A stretch of DNA of 64,000 nt. Source: Dimorphilus gyrociliatus. Lineage: Eukaryota; Animalia; Annelida. Location: assembly GCA_904063045.1 (NCBI GenBank), contig CAJFCJ010000002.1, positions 2,130,422 through 2,194,421 on the forward strand, in the 5' to 3' direction. The notes under the pieces are model-generated. The model was not told where the DNA came from. It did not search any database and saw only the letters and a program-made list of their open reading frames with translations. A program made the translations under genes and the position numbers. Positions 38,051 to 51,024 of this stretch are shown here, piece by piece (within the stretch, counting starts at the first letter, position 1; each line of letters opens with the position of its first letter).

Positions 38051-38599
38051 ACTGACTAAGGACTGACTAAAAGCTCAACAAATCTTCAACACCACCCTAC
38101 ATACAGGACTTCTATAATAATTAGATTTGTTGATTTATTGATAATAGTCAATCGACTTTAATTCTATGTTATTGCTTTGCCTAGTAACAGAATGATAACT
38201 AATGGTTAATTTTTCATAAACTCTTTTATAGATAGTGACGTAAAGCGTTCAATTATTTACAAACAACTTAGGCGTATGCATTAAACATTCTTTTTTTCTC
38301 CTTTTTTGAACAGGAGAATATTATTACATATTTTAAAATACGGCCATTTTGTTTCTTTTATAAACAAAAGAAGAACAAGAAAACTGCTTTAGTCAAGTAT
38401 TTTCTATATATCTATTAATTTTAAATAAATAAGAAATATACATTTTTAAAGGTAAAATCCAAGTTGAGAAGAGTCTAATATGATTATTATAATAAATAGA
38501 AAAAAGACGCCTTTTTTCTCCGTTCGTTAATTCTTCATTAGTCTTTTTTGTTCAAGAGGAAAAACAGAGCATAGACCTAAAGAATAAACCTATTTAAGG

Positions 38600-41500
38600 G
38601 CATTTATTATTTATCTAGTCTATTTGGCAGTAAGAGAAAAATTCCTATACGTTTTTTAGGAACACTAGGTGGCTTGTATGTTGGACTTTTCGTAGGTTTT
38701 GGCGAATTAGTTTTTTCTCTGCAATAGTAGCTTTAGTAGTAATACGTGTGGTGAATGGTTTGGTGGTCACATTTGTTTTAGTCGTAATAGATTTATCTGT
38801 AGCAATATTTGTTTTAGTCTGTTCGGCTGATGGCGTACTTGGAGTTTTTGTAATAGAAGGTTTATTTGACGAATTATCTGATTTACTTGATACAGTGATA
38901 GTGGTCGATAACCTTTACGTCGATTTATTGTTTATGGTGCTTTTTGTAGATGTAATGGAAGATTTAATACTAGTATTTGTAATTGATTGACTGCCCTCTT
39001 GCGGATTTGATGTTGGAGTAGTTTCAGCTATCTTTTTATTGGATTCAGAAGTTAAGATACAGTCACTACTAGAGTTCAATTTCCAGGATTCGGTTCTCTG
39101 GGACGTTACTGGTTCTCTAGTTGTCGTTGTCGATTTACTCTGAGTAGTGTTAGAAAAATATCTATAAATTTTCTGTTTTTTTTCTTCCGACAAACGTTCC
39201 CTTTCATTAACAGAGATAGCTTCTATTTGTTCCCTTGAAAAATATGCAAACTTGTCATTGGGGGAGAGAGCCTGTTTTTTTTTTAAAGAGAGAGAGAGAC
39301 AGAAAGAGAGGGAAAGGGGGGGGGGGAGAGAGAAAATACTATTAGCAACCCTGTCCTAAAAAATATTGTATGTTAATATAAACCTCTAAAACGTCAGATT
39401 TCACTCTCTGAATCTCTACTATTGAAATAAATTCTATTTGTTCTTTACTCAGCATTTTAAAATTTTCGGCGTTTAAACCACCAATAATAGAGGCCAACGT
39501 TGAAATAATCGATCCACTTCACAACGTTAGATCTTTACCCATGGAGGTAACGTCATAGGTTTTTTCGGCCCATTTGCTCAATTTTTATAGTTTGAACACA
39601 TCCTTTTCGCAATTAGTCTTGCTGCTTGTCTACCATAAAGGAAATAAACTATTAAATATTTAATATTATATTTGTAGAAGGCTAAACGATGCTATATTAG
39701 TATCCATTGAATTTTTCCTTTTTTTTAACATTATTAAGAAAATAGATTAATAAATGTTGGTTGAAAGAGTATTGATTTTCACTGTTTGTCACTAAAGTAG
39801 ATCGGTCAATGCTAGCATTGAGTTTGGCTGTTGAATCTTTTTTTATATATTAGTATATACAGTATACATATACATATATACTTATATATATGTTATCGGA
39901 GGCGTTACTTTTTATTTTTGTAGGCGTATAAATAAAAAAATATAAAACTGCTTACCCAAAAATTTCAACGCTAACAGCTTCAATATCCGTAACGGTCATA
40001 CCGCAAATCAAATTTCCCAAATTGTTTTAAAACTCGTAAGAAATTTCCTTTAAGTTTATCGTAGTTTTTATTTCATTGTAATAATCTTCTAGTTTTGTTA
40101 ATAATGTATCCAGTTTTACTGAACCAATTTTATTAATTACGTCATCATCGTCCAAGTTCATTAGCGAAAAACTTTGAGTTTTTAAACCTAAGAGAATAAC
40201 GCCTAATTGTCTTTGTAAATCTATAGACTAAGTTTATGAGTTGCCATAATATTCTATTGCTGTTTTAGCAAGATTATCAACAGTTACTTCCAGTAGATTG
40301 TCAGTTGTTGTAAAAGATCCAAGGTAATTTTCAAATTCTGTTCTACATAGATTACCAATGTCGTCAATAGATAATGATGTAAGACCCTGAGCTTGAATAG
40401 TTTTACATGAAAGAGATTTGGAACAATCGTCAGTGACGCATTTTCTTCTGCCTCCTTTGTTCGAATTGTCAACCGTTGTATCGAAAGATCTAAGTGCCTG
40501 TGCCATGCGACTAAGTACTTTTGATTCACAATTTTTGAGAGCATTAACAGTATCAACTTCACAATTAGAAATTCGACACAGCTCCAGGCCTCTATTAACG
40601 CTCTCTGTAACTTCTTTCAGTGCTCCAGCGAAGTTTGCCTAATGGAGAGAAGATGATGGCAAAGTAGTAGAAGAGATGAATGAAATGAATAAATTTACGA
40701 ATTATTAATGATTTACCTTATTGTCATTAAGAACATCATTTATATCTTTGTCGGTCATTAGGCAAAACAAACTGTCAAGAGAGGCAAACTCTTCTTTTAT
40801 AAATTCAGTATATCTATAAATGAAATAGGAGAAAAGAGAAAATGGTTAACGTTTAATTATTTTATTATATCTCCATTTACGTTCCGTATCCCTGTTGGAT
40901 TGGAGAAAGAATTTTTGCCTAACATTGTTACTGCGTACCCTTTCTACTAAAACCGTTGGACATTCCATTAAATCGTCTGCTGACAATTTATCTGCTGCTA
41001 ACATGCCTACGCTTTCCAATAGATTTCCATTTTCGCAAGGCCTTAATTTGGTCTGGGGAAAAGAAAAATAAAAGGATCAAATGACTTATTATAATTTCCT
41101 GAAAGACCTAAAAAAAGCTTGTATCCTACCATAAACAAACACAAATACAATGCGTTATATTTCGTTTCTACATTAGAAAGGCTAAGATCGCCTTTTGCCA
41201 CATTTTTGCAGTAGGTTTCCTTTTTCTCATCATTATCCAGTTTCGATAACAATATATCATGATTAATAGAAGGTAGTACAATAGCCATATTATCTAAATC
41301 TTGTGTAGATATTGTATTTTCATTTGTATTGAGGTTAGTTTTTAGAGAATCAGAAAATTCATTTATTTGTTTACTAGTTAAACGATCAGATACTTTAGTC
41401 ATTTCACCTAATTCTTCAATAGTTTCCTCGTATGATTTAGACTTTTAATGCTCTCTTATCTCATTTACGGAGCGGGATGTTTGCAATGTTAGTGATCTCG

Positions 41501-43059
41501 TAACACCTATTACACTTTTACATTTTTCATATAGTTTTCTAGCTTGGTCTTTTTCAGTGGACACATATGCTACTTTCATCCATTTTATGCAAGTCATCGT
41601 TTGGTATCAATTTGGCCATTTTCTAGAGGTAATTATATCTTTTGCAACTGATGCGTTCTCAATGGCAGAGAAAGGAGAGACTAATTGGTAGGTTGCCATA
41701 ATTTGAGCTGATATTTTGATTCGTGGTCGTTTATTATTTTTTCTTGTATCTCTGGAAATTTCACTTTCCATCTCTTTCTTTCTTTCATCAAACATAGCTT
41801 TAGCGAATTTGACACTTTTTCAGTTTTCGAACCAATTTTACGAAGTTCGGAAAGGTGGGATAATCTCTTTGAAACTAAGTGGCATATTGAGCATTTCGTT
41901 AGAAGACAATGTACCGATATCTTTCTTAAATTCTTGTCTATATATTAACAGTACATCGTTTTATTATAAAGTGATACATAATCTATTTTTCATACCTCAT
42001 CCTCCATTAGGTTATCTCTCGATGCAAAAGTACTAATCTCTTCCCTATTCATAGCCCAATCAGTGTAGAGTTCGTCTAAACACTTTCTACCAGTCGATGG
42101 TAAAAGAGAAGAATAATTTTTCATACTTTCGCTAAATGTAACCTGATTACGGATTTTAATTGATTTCAAATATTCGCATAATTTCTTTCCAGCTTCGTTT
42201 GTCTATTAGAATCGGCGAAGAAAAGGAAGATAAAATATTAGTTCAATAGATTTCATTCTCTTTCAATTTTATTACGTTTCTCTATACCTTTGTAGATAGC
42301 AATAGTTTTGGACATGTTTTTATTTTATCAAAGATATCTGTTGCTGGTGCAGTTTGAATGTTTCTAAAGCACTTGTCATTCGTTTGCAAAAAGCAAACTT
42401 TGCTAGAAAGTATGCAAACTGTTTACTTCATTATGAAATAAATAACCCAAGGAGAAGAAATATATGAAAGGGAACTAATGTGAAAGAAAAATTATGTTAA
42501 AGTTACATACTCTGTAAGTAAGGTTTCTCTTGTACAGGAGGCGGAAATACGCTTTGTAACGTCTCTTCTCACTTGCCTTAGTTGGCTTTTGAGTAGACCA
42601 GAAGCACGAAATTTTTGAATTTGTGCATTGTCAATCTATTTCATAAATTATTTAAGGATAATAAAAGCTAATTAGTAGTTTGAAAGACATGAAAAGAAGG
42701 GAGCGGGTAAGGAGGAGACAGAGGAAAAATGAAAAATTTTTAATATCAGTAAGACTTACTCGACTATTATTTGTTAGTAAAAGTTTCTTTTGATGTCTTA
42801 AGGGATTTTTCCAAGAGTCTCTCCTTAGTTGTTCCAAATTTAGATTAGGCACTCTAATTGGTGAAATATTCTCAGAAGTGTCGCTTTTATTCTTAGAAAT
42901 CTTTCCGTCATCTGGCAAACTTTTGCAAGTAACACCAGAAAATAAGAAGCAAAGAAATGTAAGAACTATTCAAAAAGAAAGTAAATTATACTTTTTGTAA
43001 TGGAAGTAGTATTAATTTGTTAAGTTCTTACGAAAAAACTGGTACAGATAATCCACCAT
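38600..43059 (-). pseudogene. Unprocessed tandem otoancorin/mesothelin-like pseudogene
   Basis: Start MVDYLYQFF|LLTFLCFLFSGVTCKSLP resembles the neighbour's MVD..LFSGKSL. Family-like segments LGVILLGL, NLGNLICGMTVTDIEAV, STLASIIGGL. Nine in-frame stops (41838, 41820, 41607, 41445, 40234, 40228, 40027, 39519, 38915) and at least one frameshift near 39580. Splice sites largely intact; S/T-rich stalk at 38700-39150. 3' end approximate. Confidence 0.8.
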
Positions 43060-46000
43060 CTTGTCTTCTTGCCCTCTCTAAGCGGATCGGAGATAATAAA
43101 TGTGAAAATGACAGGAGATAATATAGATCTTTATAAGCTTACTCGATTAACTATAAAACGCTATCATTTGTAGAATTATTGATTAATTAGTGTTTAAGAT
43201 AGAAAAAATTCAGCCTTGAACTAGGACTATTTGCCTTCTACATGACATCTATATAAAGGGTTTAAAGATACTTATAAATTGGAGCAGATTGATTGTTATT
43301 ATTTCTCTCTTGTAACTGTGAATGATAAAGTAGAGAGATAAAGTGGAAAAATAATGTAAAATAGAAAGATAAACCTAAAGATTTACAGAGAGATAAATAT
43401 TATGTAAATTATTTAATGGCAACAAATGAATAGAAAAGGATCTAATTGATTCAATGACATTTTACATTTCGTATTCAACTTTCTTTACTTGTATTATTGC
43501 TATTTTAAGATGAGATTAGTCGTTTTTCACAGTCAAATACTATTCAATAGCCGACAGTTCAGAGGCTCTTGAAAGTCTTAATATCCCTCTTTTAGTATGG
43601 AAAATAAAGAACTATTGAAATTTTTTTAATACAAATTGAAAGAATAGTTCTATAAACTCGGATTTCGTAATTTAAAGTCTTTTATGTAACTGCTAATTCC
43701 TTATTAGTAATAATAGATAATATATTATTTTTTATACTTTATATAAAGCCTTGCATCTTTCTCCTCTTAGCGTTTCACTTCTCTATTACACGCTTGTCCT
43801 TTAAAAGTTGTATTGACTTTATATATAGAGTATATAAACGCAAGTTTGAAATGATAAAAGACCCTTCTCTTCTGTGTTGGGTTAAAATGTTTTAGAATTA
43901 ATAAAATCTCTAAATTTAGATTAATAATTACAATATGCTTTCATAATACATTAAATGAATTTCAACATGCTATCATGCTAAATTTAAATGATGATGAAAG
44001 GGAACAAAAGTTATGAAAAAGTGATTAATGGTAACAATAAGAATTTATGATACGTGTACTATATATCGTTCATTTCTTTTTACAAATATATACTGTATAT
44101 ACAATAATACATGACATGATTCTCGTCTGTCATACATCTAGGTTTACAGACTAGCACAAATTCTTTTTCTTTTTTTTTTATACATATATTTATACATAAA
44201 AAGGGAAATAATACTAATAAATTGACTTTTCTATTAATACTATTATTAATAATAGTATTAAAATTGGAAATTTTAGCTTATATGTTATTAAAAAGAAAAA
44301 AAATAGAATAAAACAAAAAGATTTTTTTTAAAAAAAAAAAAAAGAAAAAACACCCAGCTAATAAATTTGTATATATATATATATATATCTAAAAATAGAA
44401 TATAGAATAATGTTGATTTTCAAAAAGGGTTTATTATTAATAATAGATGATGTGAAATAGTCAGATTTTGTAAAAAAAAAAGTCAAGATTGATGAGAGAA
44501 GCCCTTTGTAGAGTATTTTTTTTTAAGAAAGAAATAATAATAGGATATGATTATGAAAGAGAAATCATATATTCAACACATACTCTATTCATATATACAG
44601 TATATATATATATATATATATTAGTATATATGTATATGTGTGTGAAATATATCAATAACTATGTAATAAGATTAGGCTGCACTCGGAAAGAGAGTGAAGG
44701 GAGAGACAGAGAGGAGGGGAGGAAGGAAGAGATAAACAACGATATACAAACAGATTTCAAGAGCAAAAATAAAATTGAAAGCACTTGTTTTGATACGTTC
44801 GTGTTATTAATCCCTCCCTTTTAATAGATTTATAGTAAGAGTGTTATAGGCTTAATAATTATATGACTACTAAAAGAAATACATACTGTATATGATAGCT
44901 ACTTAAAAAACTCAATTCAAGTTATTTCTGTTATTAATTAAAACAATAAAATTATTAATTAGAACAAAAAATATGTGAAATTATTTACATAAATATAGAA
45001 ATAAACTTAATTGATTTATAAATGTTTTACTACTTAAAATTAATAGTAGGCCTATTATCTCCCATCTTATCTTTCACATTGAACGAATAACACTAAAGTT
45101 TATAAGAAATGGCTAAGAAGAGATGGCAGCACTAGATTCTTTTATATTTTATAAACTTGTTTGTTTTATTCAAAAAATAAAAATAAAAGAAACTAGTCCA
45201 AGTACCACTCTTTGATCTACCTACTAAAACGTTTCTTTCCGAAGTATACGTTGACCTTTAACCTTTAAGTTTAAGTTACTTAAAGAGATTTTACTGCGAA
45301 AAAAAAAACACTAATAGAAAGATATGTTAAATGAAATAGATGATTGATTTTTATTTTTAAACATATTCAATTTCAATTAGACATAACACGAAGGATTTAT
45401 TAACTTTTTAAGTTATATGCTTAATATATAATATATCTTTGGCATTTATACTAAATGATATATGTATATTTATATATATAGATGTATATATCTAACTATA
45501 TTACATAGATAGTTCTCTAAAAAATATCTCCTTTAATAAAAACATTTTTGTTCATTGAATCAGCTATGGAGGAAATGAAGTCATGGAAACTTAGCCAATT
45601 AGAGAGGGTAAAATTACTCCATAATTAGTTAGTTATTTAATATTGCGCCCAGTATAAGGTACTCATCGTTTCCTCTTCCTTCCTTTGTGAAATAATTAAT
45701 TTTGACTCACTGAATGTTTAGTAATTATCGACGTCTTCTTAGATCAGCCTAATTTATTCATTTTCTCCCCTAGTCTTAATTCCCCAAAGAAAAACTTTTC
45801 CTATTCACGTATATTCTTCAAATCGATTGGGGAAACTTTCCATAAAGAATCCTTAAAGAATTTTTCAATTCCCAAAATGAGAATTATCAAGGATTCTTTA
45901 GCTCTTTATTATTATTCTCATTCTGTGTATTTATTATAAATTAGAGTAGACAAGCATGGAACGACCATTTAGCCCGAAGTGGCCTTTCCAATCTACATAG

Positions 46001-49000
46001 TTCTATTAAATAAACCTAAGCAAAAAAATAATCTAAAACTGATTGATTGAATAGGATCATGCATTAGTGTTGGCTAAAATATGTCTGTCAAAATAAACCA
46101 AGTAACATTTTATTGAATCTATTTGTATTAAAACCAATAAATAAGTAGGCCATTGAAAGAAAGAAAAGAAAACTATACGTAGCATTGATTAATTAGATTT
46201 ATTTTATTTTTAAGTAAACTAAAAATTGCCTTAAGCTGTATAAATTTAAACAGGAGACTATTCCATATATCTAATTACTATATATATTCATTAAAAAGTT
46301 TTATATATCTACTCTTCCGCTACCGTATAAAGTTTGGACGTCAGCGAAGAGATTTATTGACGTTTATAGAAACAGCAAACAAAAGAGCCGGGCCTCTCCT
46401 GACACTTCTTTATCAACGGATATAATAAAAATTGAGGGAAAGAAAATTTATAGGTGATTACGACGTAATCAATAGGAATAGTTTAAAAGAAAAGTCTCCA
46501 TCATTAATCCGGAAAACTCTCGTTAAAACAATAAAAAAAGATAAAATAGTTTAGGCAGCTGTTAACTCTTTTTCTCTCATCCTTTTCCTTCCCTCTCTGC
46601 TACCGCCCCTCTTCCCTCTCCATCTCTCTCTGTCCCTTTCTCTCTCTCTCTCTCTTTTCTGTGTATGTGCTTTCCTCCTCCCCTTTCAATACTATATCTT
46701 TTCATCAACCCATTCTATTTCCCTCCTTAGTGCGTTCCTTTAAAGAGAAAACTGATTTCAGCCGCCTTGGAAATGGGTAGTAAAATATTAAAAAAATTGG
46801 AATAATTTATAAAAATAAGAATATAGGGATTAGTAAACAACCTAATAGGAAATAGTCGTTTATTAAAGCGAATTATCAAAATAGTAAATAGGGTATTAAA
46901 TAGCTCTTAAAATAGTATTAGCTTTAGGAGAAAATAACAACATAAACCTCTTGAAATTAACGTATGCAGCCATTAATTGGAAGAGACAGACTTTGGGGAT
47001 TAGCAGAACGCACCTGAAAGTTTTTTTATACAATTATAAACAATATACTGCATAGAGGATTATGATGCGGATGCGTTTTTTTTTTCTATTTTGCAATGCT
47101 AGCAGGAAAGATTACTGTTACCTATTTTTTTATTATTAAAATAGATAGATATATATGATTTTATTTCTCTTTTATTATATGTTCTTTTTTCTCTTCTCTT
47201 TTCTTCTTCTTCCTCCTGTTTTTCAACTCTTTTATCTCTATATTCTCTTTTCTTCATTATTTTATTGTTTTCTCCTATTTTTACTTTGTTCCATTCACTT
47301 CCTGATTACAAGAAAAAGAGGCTAACGGAAGGCGACAAATGGAAACGGAAAGAGAAGGTGGAAAAGATAAAAATAGTTTCAATAGAAAATTATAACATAC
47401 TATCTCTAGCATTAGTGAAACTTTATTTCGACGAAGTCCTAAAACTTTTTTCATTTTAGGCTTTCCCAAATGGTTATACATACGGGTCAAATGATAAAAA
47501 GGGGTCAAATAGTGAAAAACGTAGCTAGGGTGTTGAATGATGGCAAAAAAAAGAAATTTTCTCTTATTTCGTTGCCTCTACTCCTCTGAAAAAAAAACAC
47601 ACCTTTTCCATTGAGGATAAGGTGTTTAGAATAATTGTGTCTCTGCTTTTGTACTGCACTCCGAAAGATAATCTTATTATTGAAGTATTTAGAATTTTCT
47701 ACCATTCGGTTCTCCTATGGGGAATTTGCGTGTGTCAGACGAGGACAAAGAACAGAACAACGTGTTTATCTCGTTTCTTTTTCCATTTTTTTTCATCGAA
47801 AGTGATAATAAAGGCGAAGAAAGAAAGATAATATTGAAATTATGAAGAATATTTAAAAAGAAGGAAAAGAGACTTGTGAAAAGGGAAACGGAAGTGTAAA
47901 AACATAAATCTCGGATAAAAATTCATACACCTATGCACGAACTTACGTGACTCTTAACAATATAAATCGATGTCAATCTAAAACAATGCGTCATAGTTTG
48001 AAATCTCTGATTTCCCAACGGCTATAGAAAGCTATCGTTGGAGAGTACAAACAATGTAATAAAAGTTTATTATATCAGGTCAAAAGGCTTAAGAGTGAAG
48101 TACAAACAGGTAATGTCATAATTACAAGATTCCTAATATGTTTTATGGCCATTTTTATTAATAACATTTTTTTATGTATTGTATTTAATACTATTTCTCT
48201 TATGTTATTTATCTATCATTCTTTACCATATTTTGATCTCCGCCCACCCTCCCCTCCCACCTATTATTCTTCCAGGCGAAACGAAACAAAACTCTATTAT
48301 GAAAAAAAAAGTTTGAAAACTGCAAATGATTTCGTGTTTTCTATTTTATTTTATAGGCCGATAACTGAAGCGTCAAGGCGAAGCACATGCATAATCGCTT
48401 GTTTACAATGAAAACAAAAACGATGCAAACAAGCGCAGCTTCACGTTTAATATAGACTTTATATATAGTGTATACAGTGTATGTTTGATAGGGAGAGGAA
48501 GAGAGGTAGGTGATGTAGAAAAAATAGTAAATTATCTATATAATATTGAAAGTATAATCTTTCTTTTTCTCTTTATAACGGTAAAGTAGTTGATACCCTC
48601 TTTTCTATTACATCTCACGTCTCCCCACCTTTTTTTTTCTTATTCTTTCCTATTTTTCTTCTCTTTTTCTTCCTTCCTTTCCTCTCTTTTTTCTCTCTAG
48701 TACTTCCTCTTGCTATTCTTTTTTACCAGTCGTTAGCTTAAATAGTCGGCATTTTTGCCAATTTTACGCATTTCATTAAACTTAATCAATTTATACACGC
48801 AAAGGGAAAGCTCTAAATCTGAAAAACTGCTGGCGAAAACGACCGTTTATCAACTATTCATAAACGTGTTTGTCGAGTCAATAGGATTCTAAACTCAACT
48901 ATGAACAAGCCCCGCAGTGAAAAAAGTTTACTCCATAAGGACAGTTTTTCAGAGAAAACCCATAAGTTTTTTCCTATAGTTGGTTTGTCACTAAGACTAA

Positions 49001-49399
49001 TCAACAAAGCGCTCGAGCATATCTCCTGATAGACTAATACATATGTTCTTTTTAAATTATCAATTTTCTATTTTTATAAAAAAATCTATTCACAAAAAAT
49101 ATCATCATTTATTCTATAATATATTTATGTAGACAATCTATGGATCTGACTAATGTATTGAAATAAGACTGCTATATCTTATTTCTAATGTATACGATGG
49201 AAATCATAGAATTATTTTTAACGCTTTTGCCCTTATATCCTCCTCTCCAACAACAAGAAAGACGTAAAGAAAGCAATTGCAGCGATCCTATTTGTGGCTA
49301 TTGTTAAGTGAGGAATCTAGAAAATATATAAAGATGTTTATTGAGAGAAGAGAGAGGCAACGTCTTTTGTATAAATATTACTATTATTACGTAAATATA

Positions 49400-49431
<32 letters not shown>

Positions 49432-50531
49432 GTAAATAGATTAATATATACATTTTTTTATATATCATCATGCATTACCATTATATCTATATTGATATAT
49501 ACTTGTATATATATATAATCCTATATTAAGTTTCTTCTGGTACTCAGCCTAATGACATAATAAGGTTGAAAAAAGTACTGACCCTAGCTTTACCTCATAT
49601 ATTATCTTTCTACAGAGTCAATCTATACGAAAATGGATAAAAAGAAATTATTCTTATCTGCTTTGCATAATCCAATTAATCCTTTTATATTTTATTTAAT
49701 TTTCTAATCCAATTATAATTTAATAGGAATATAATTCTGTTTATAAACCAAAGGCATTTAATAAATGTTCAACAATTGCTGACAAATTGGAAAAATGGCC
49801 TTCTTGTTTGTAATTAAGATATTATTACTCTGGCTATTTTCGGTGAAAGAGAGAGAATGAGACTAGTGGGCGGTGGTCGAAAAGGCATATGTGCATAGAT
49901 AAAAATAGCCTTGTAAAAGTAATAGGTATCGTTAAACACTAAATTAATGTTTAATCAATTTGACATGTAAGGTTCTTTAGAGCCATCTTCCTATAAATGT
50001 GACATTTTTCGAGTTCAATATGGACGTGTATATGTACAATATATAGTATACTGTATATATAAATGAATATGTAAAAATCTGAGTGAGTTATGTATCCTAG
50101 GGCTAATGTATAAATAGTATTATTTATATGTATTTGTTAAATGAATTGTATAAAATAAACGGAAATTTACTTACTATTATTTTCTTGCTTTATCAAAATA
50201 TGCTCTTTCTTTTCTTCTCTTTTTAGCTAATTAATCCATTTAACAACGAACTATCTTTTGGTAAAACTTTCTTTATAATCTATTATTACTTTCCTTGCCA
50301 TTTTTAATCAGGTTAAAGGGTTTATTTAATTAATATTTTGTTATGCAATAATCTTAGGTAATTTATACTCTATTTATATGCCTACATGCTATGATACTTT
50401 CATATTTCTTTCAGACTAAAACACTTGACAGCACGAAGTCGGCCTACAGCCGTAGCTTTATTAACAGATAAGAGAGAATACACTGAAATCATTTAAAGTA
50501 TATATCTGTATATGTATTGAAGTATTCATGC

Positions 50532-50535
<4 letters not shown>

Positions 50536-50591
<56 letters not shown>

Positions 50592-50599
50592 CATTTAAT

Positions 50600-50636
<37 letters not shown>

Positions 50637-50906
50637 TCAGACATATACTTCGATATTATTCATATATGCATCTTCACATGTAAAAGTGCATACTATTACT
50701 ATATATATATATATATATATATTTATACGTATATGTATATATGTATAGACATCCTTATTGTATGCAATCATTCTGCTATATGCATATATTCATATTACCG
50801 ATTATATATAATAATTAAGATAAACTCGTTGACGGCGAGTTTTAACCACTGTTAGTGGGACTATTTCGACAATTTCTTCATTTGGAAATTTTAATATATA
50901 TATATC

Positions 50907-50942
<36 letters not shown>

Positions 50943-50960
50943 CATATATATATATTATCT
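50536..50960. repeat. Large (TA)n microsatellite cluster downstream of the neuropeptide gene
   Basis: Several long TA runs (50536-50590, 50606-50631, 50700-50722, 50896-50960). Confidence 0.9.
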
Positions 50961-51024
50961 ATATTTATATAATTCACATTTAAGTTTATACATATACTTG
51001 TTTCATTTTTGGAAGGACAAAAAT

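Noticed and set aside
38900-41850. Stop-codon reassignment, readthrough or A-to-I repair of the otoancorin-like copy (TAG and TGA sit at Trp positions)
   Set aside because: All three stop types occur, frameshifts and splice-phase mismatches are also present, and neighbouring genes end normally at TAA/TAG. Ordinary decay explains it.
50517-50855. ORFs rich in YI repeats (also 1900-2082, 4645-5095, 44489-44824)
   Set aside because: Translations of TA microsatellites or AT-rich introns.
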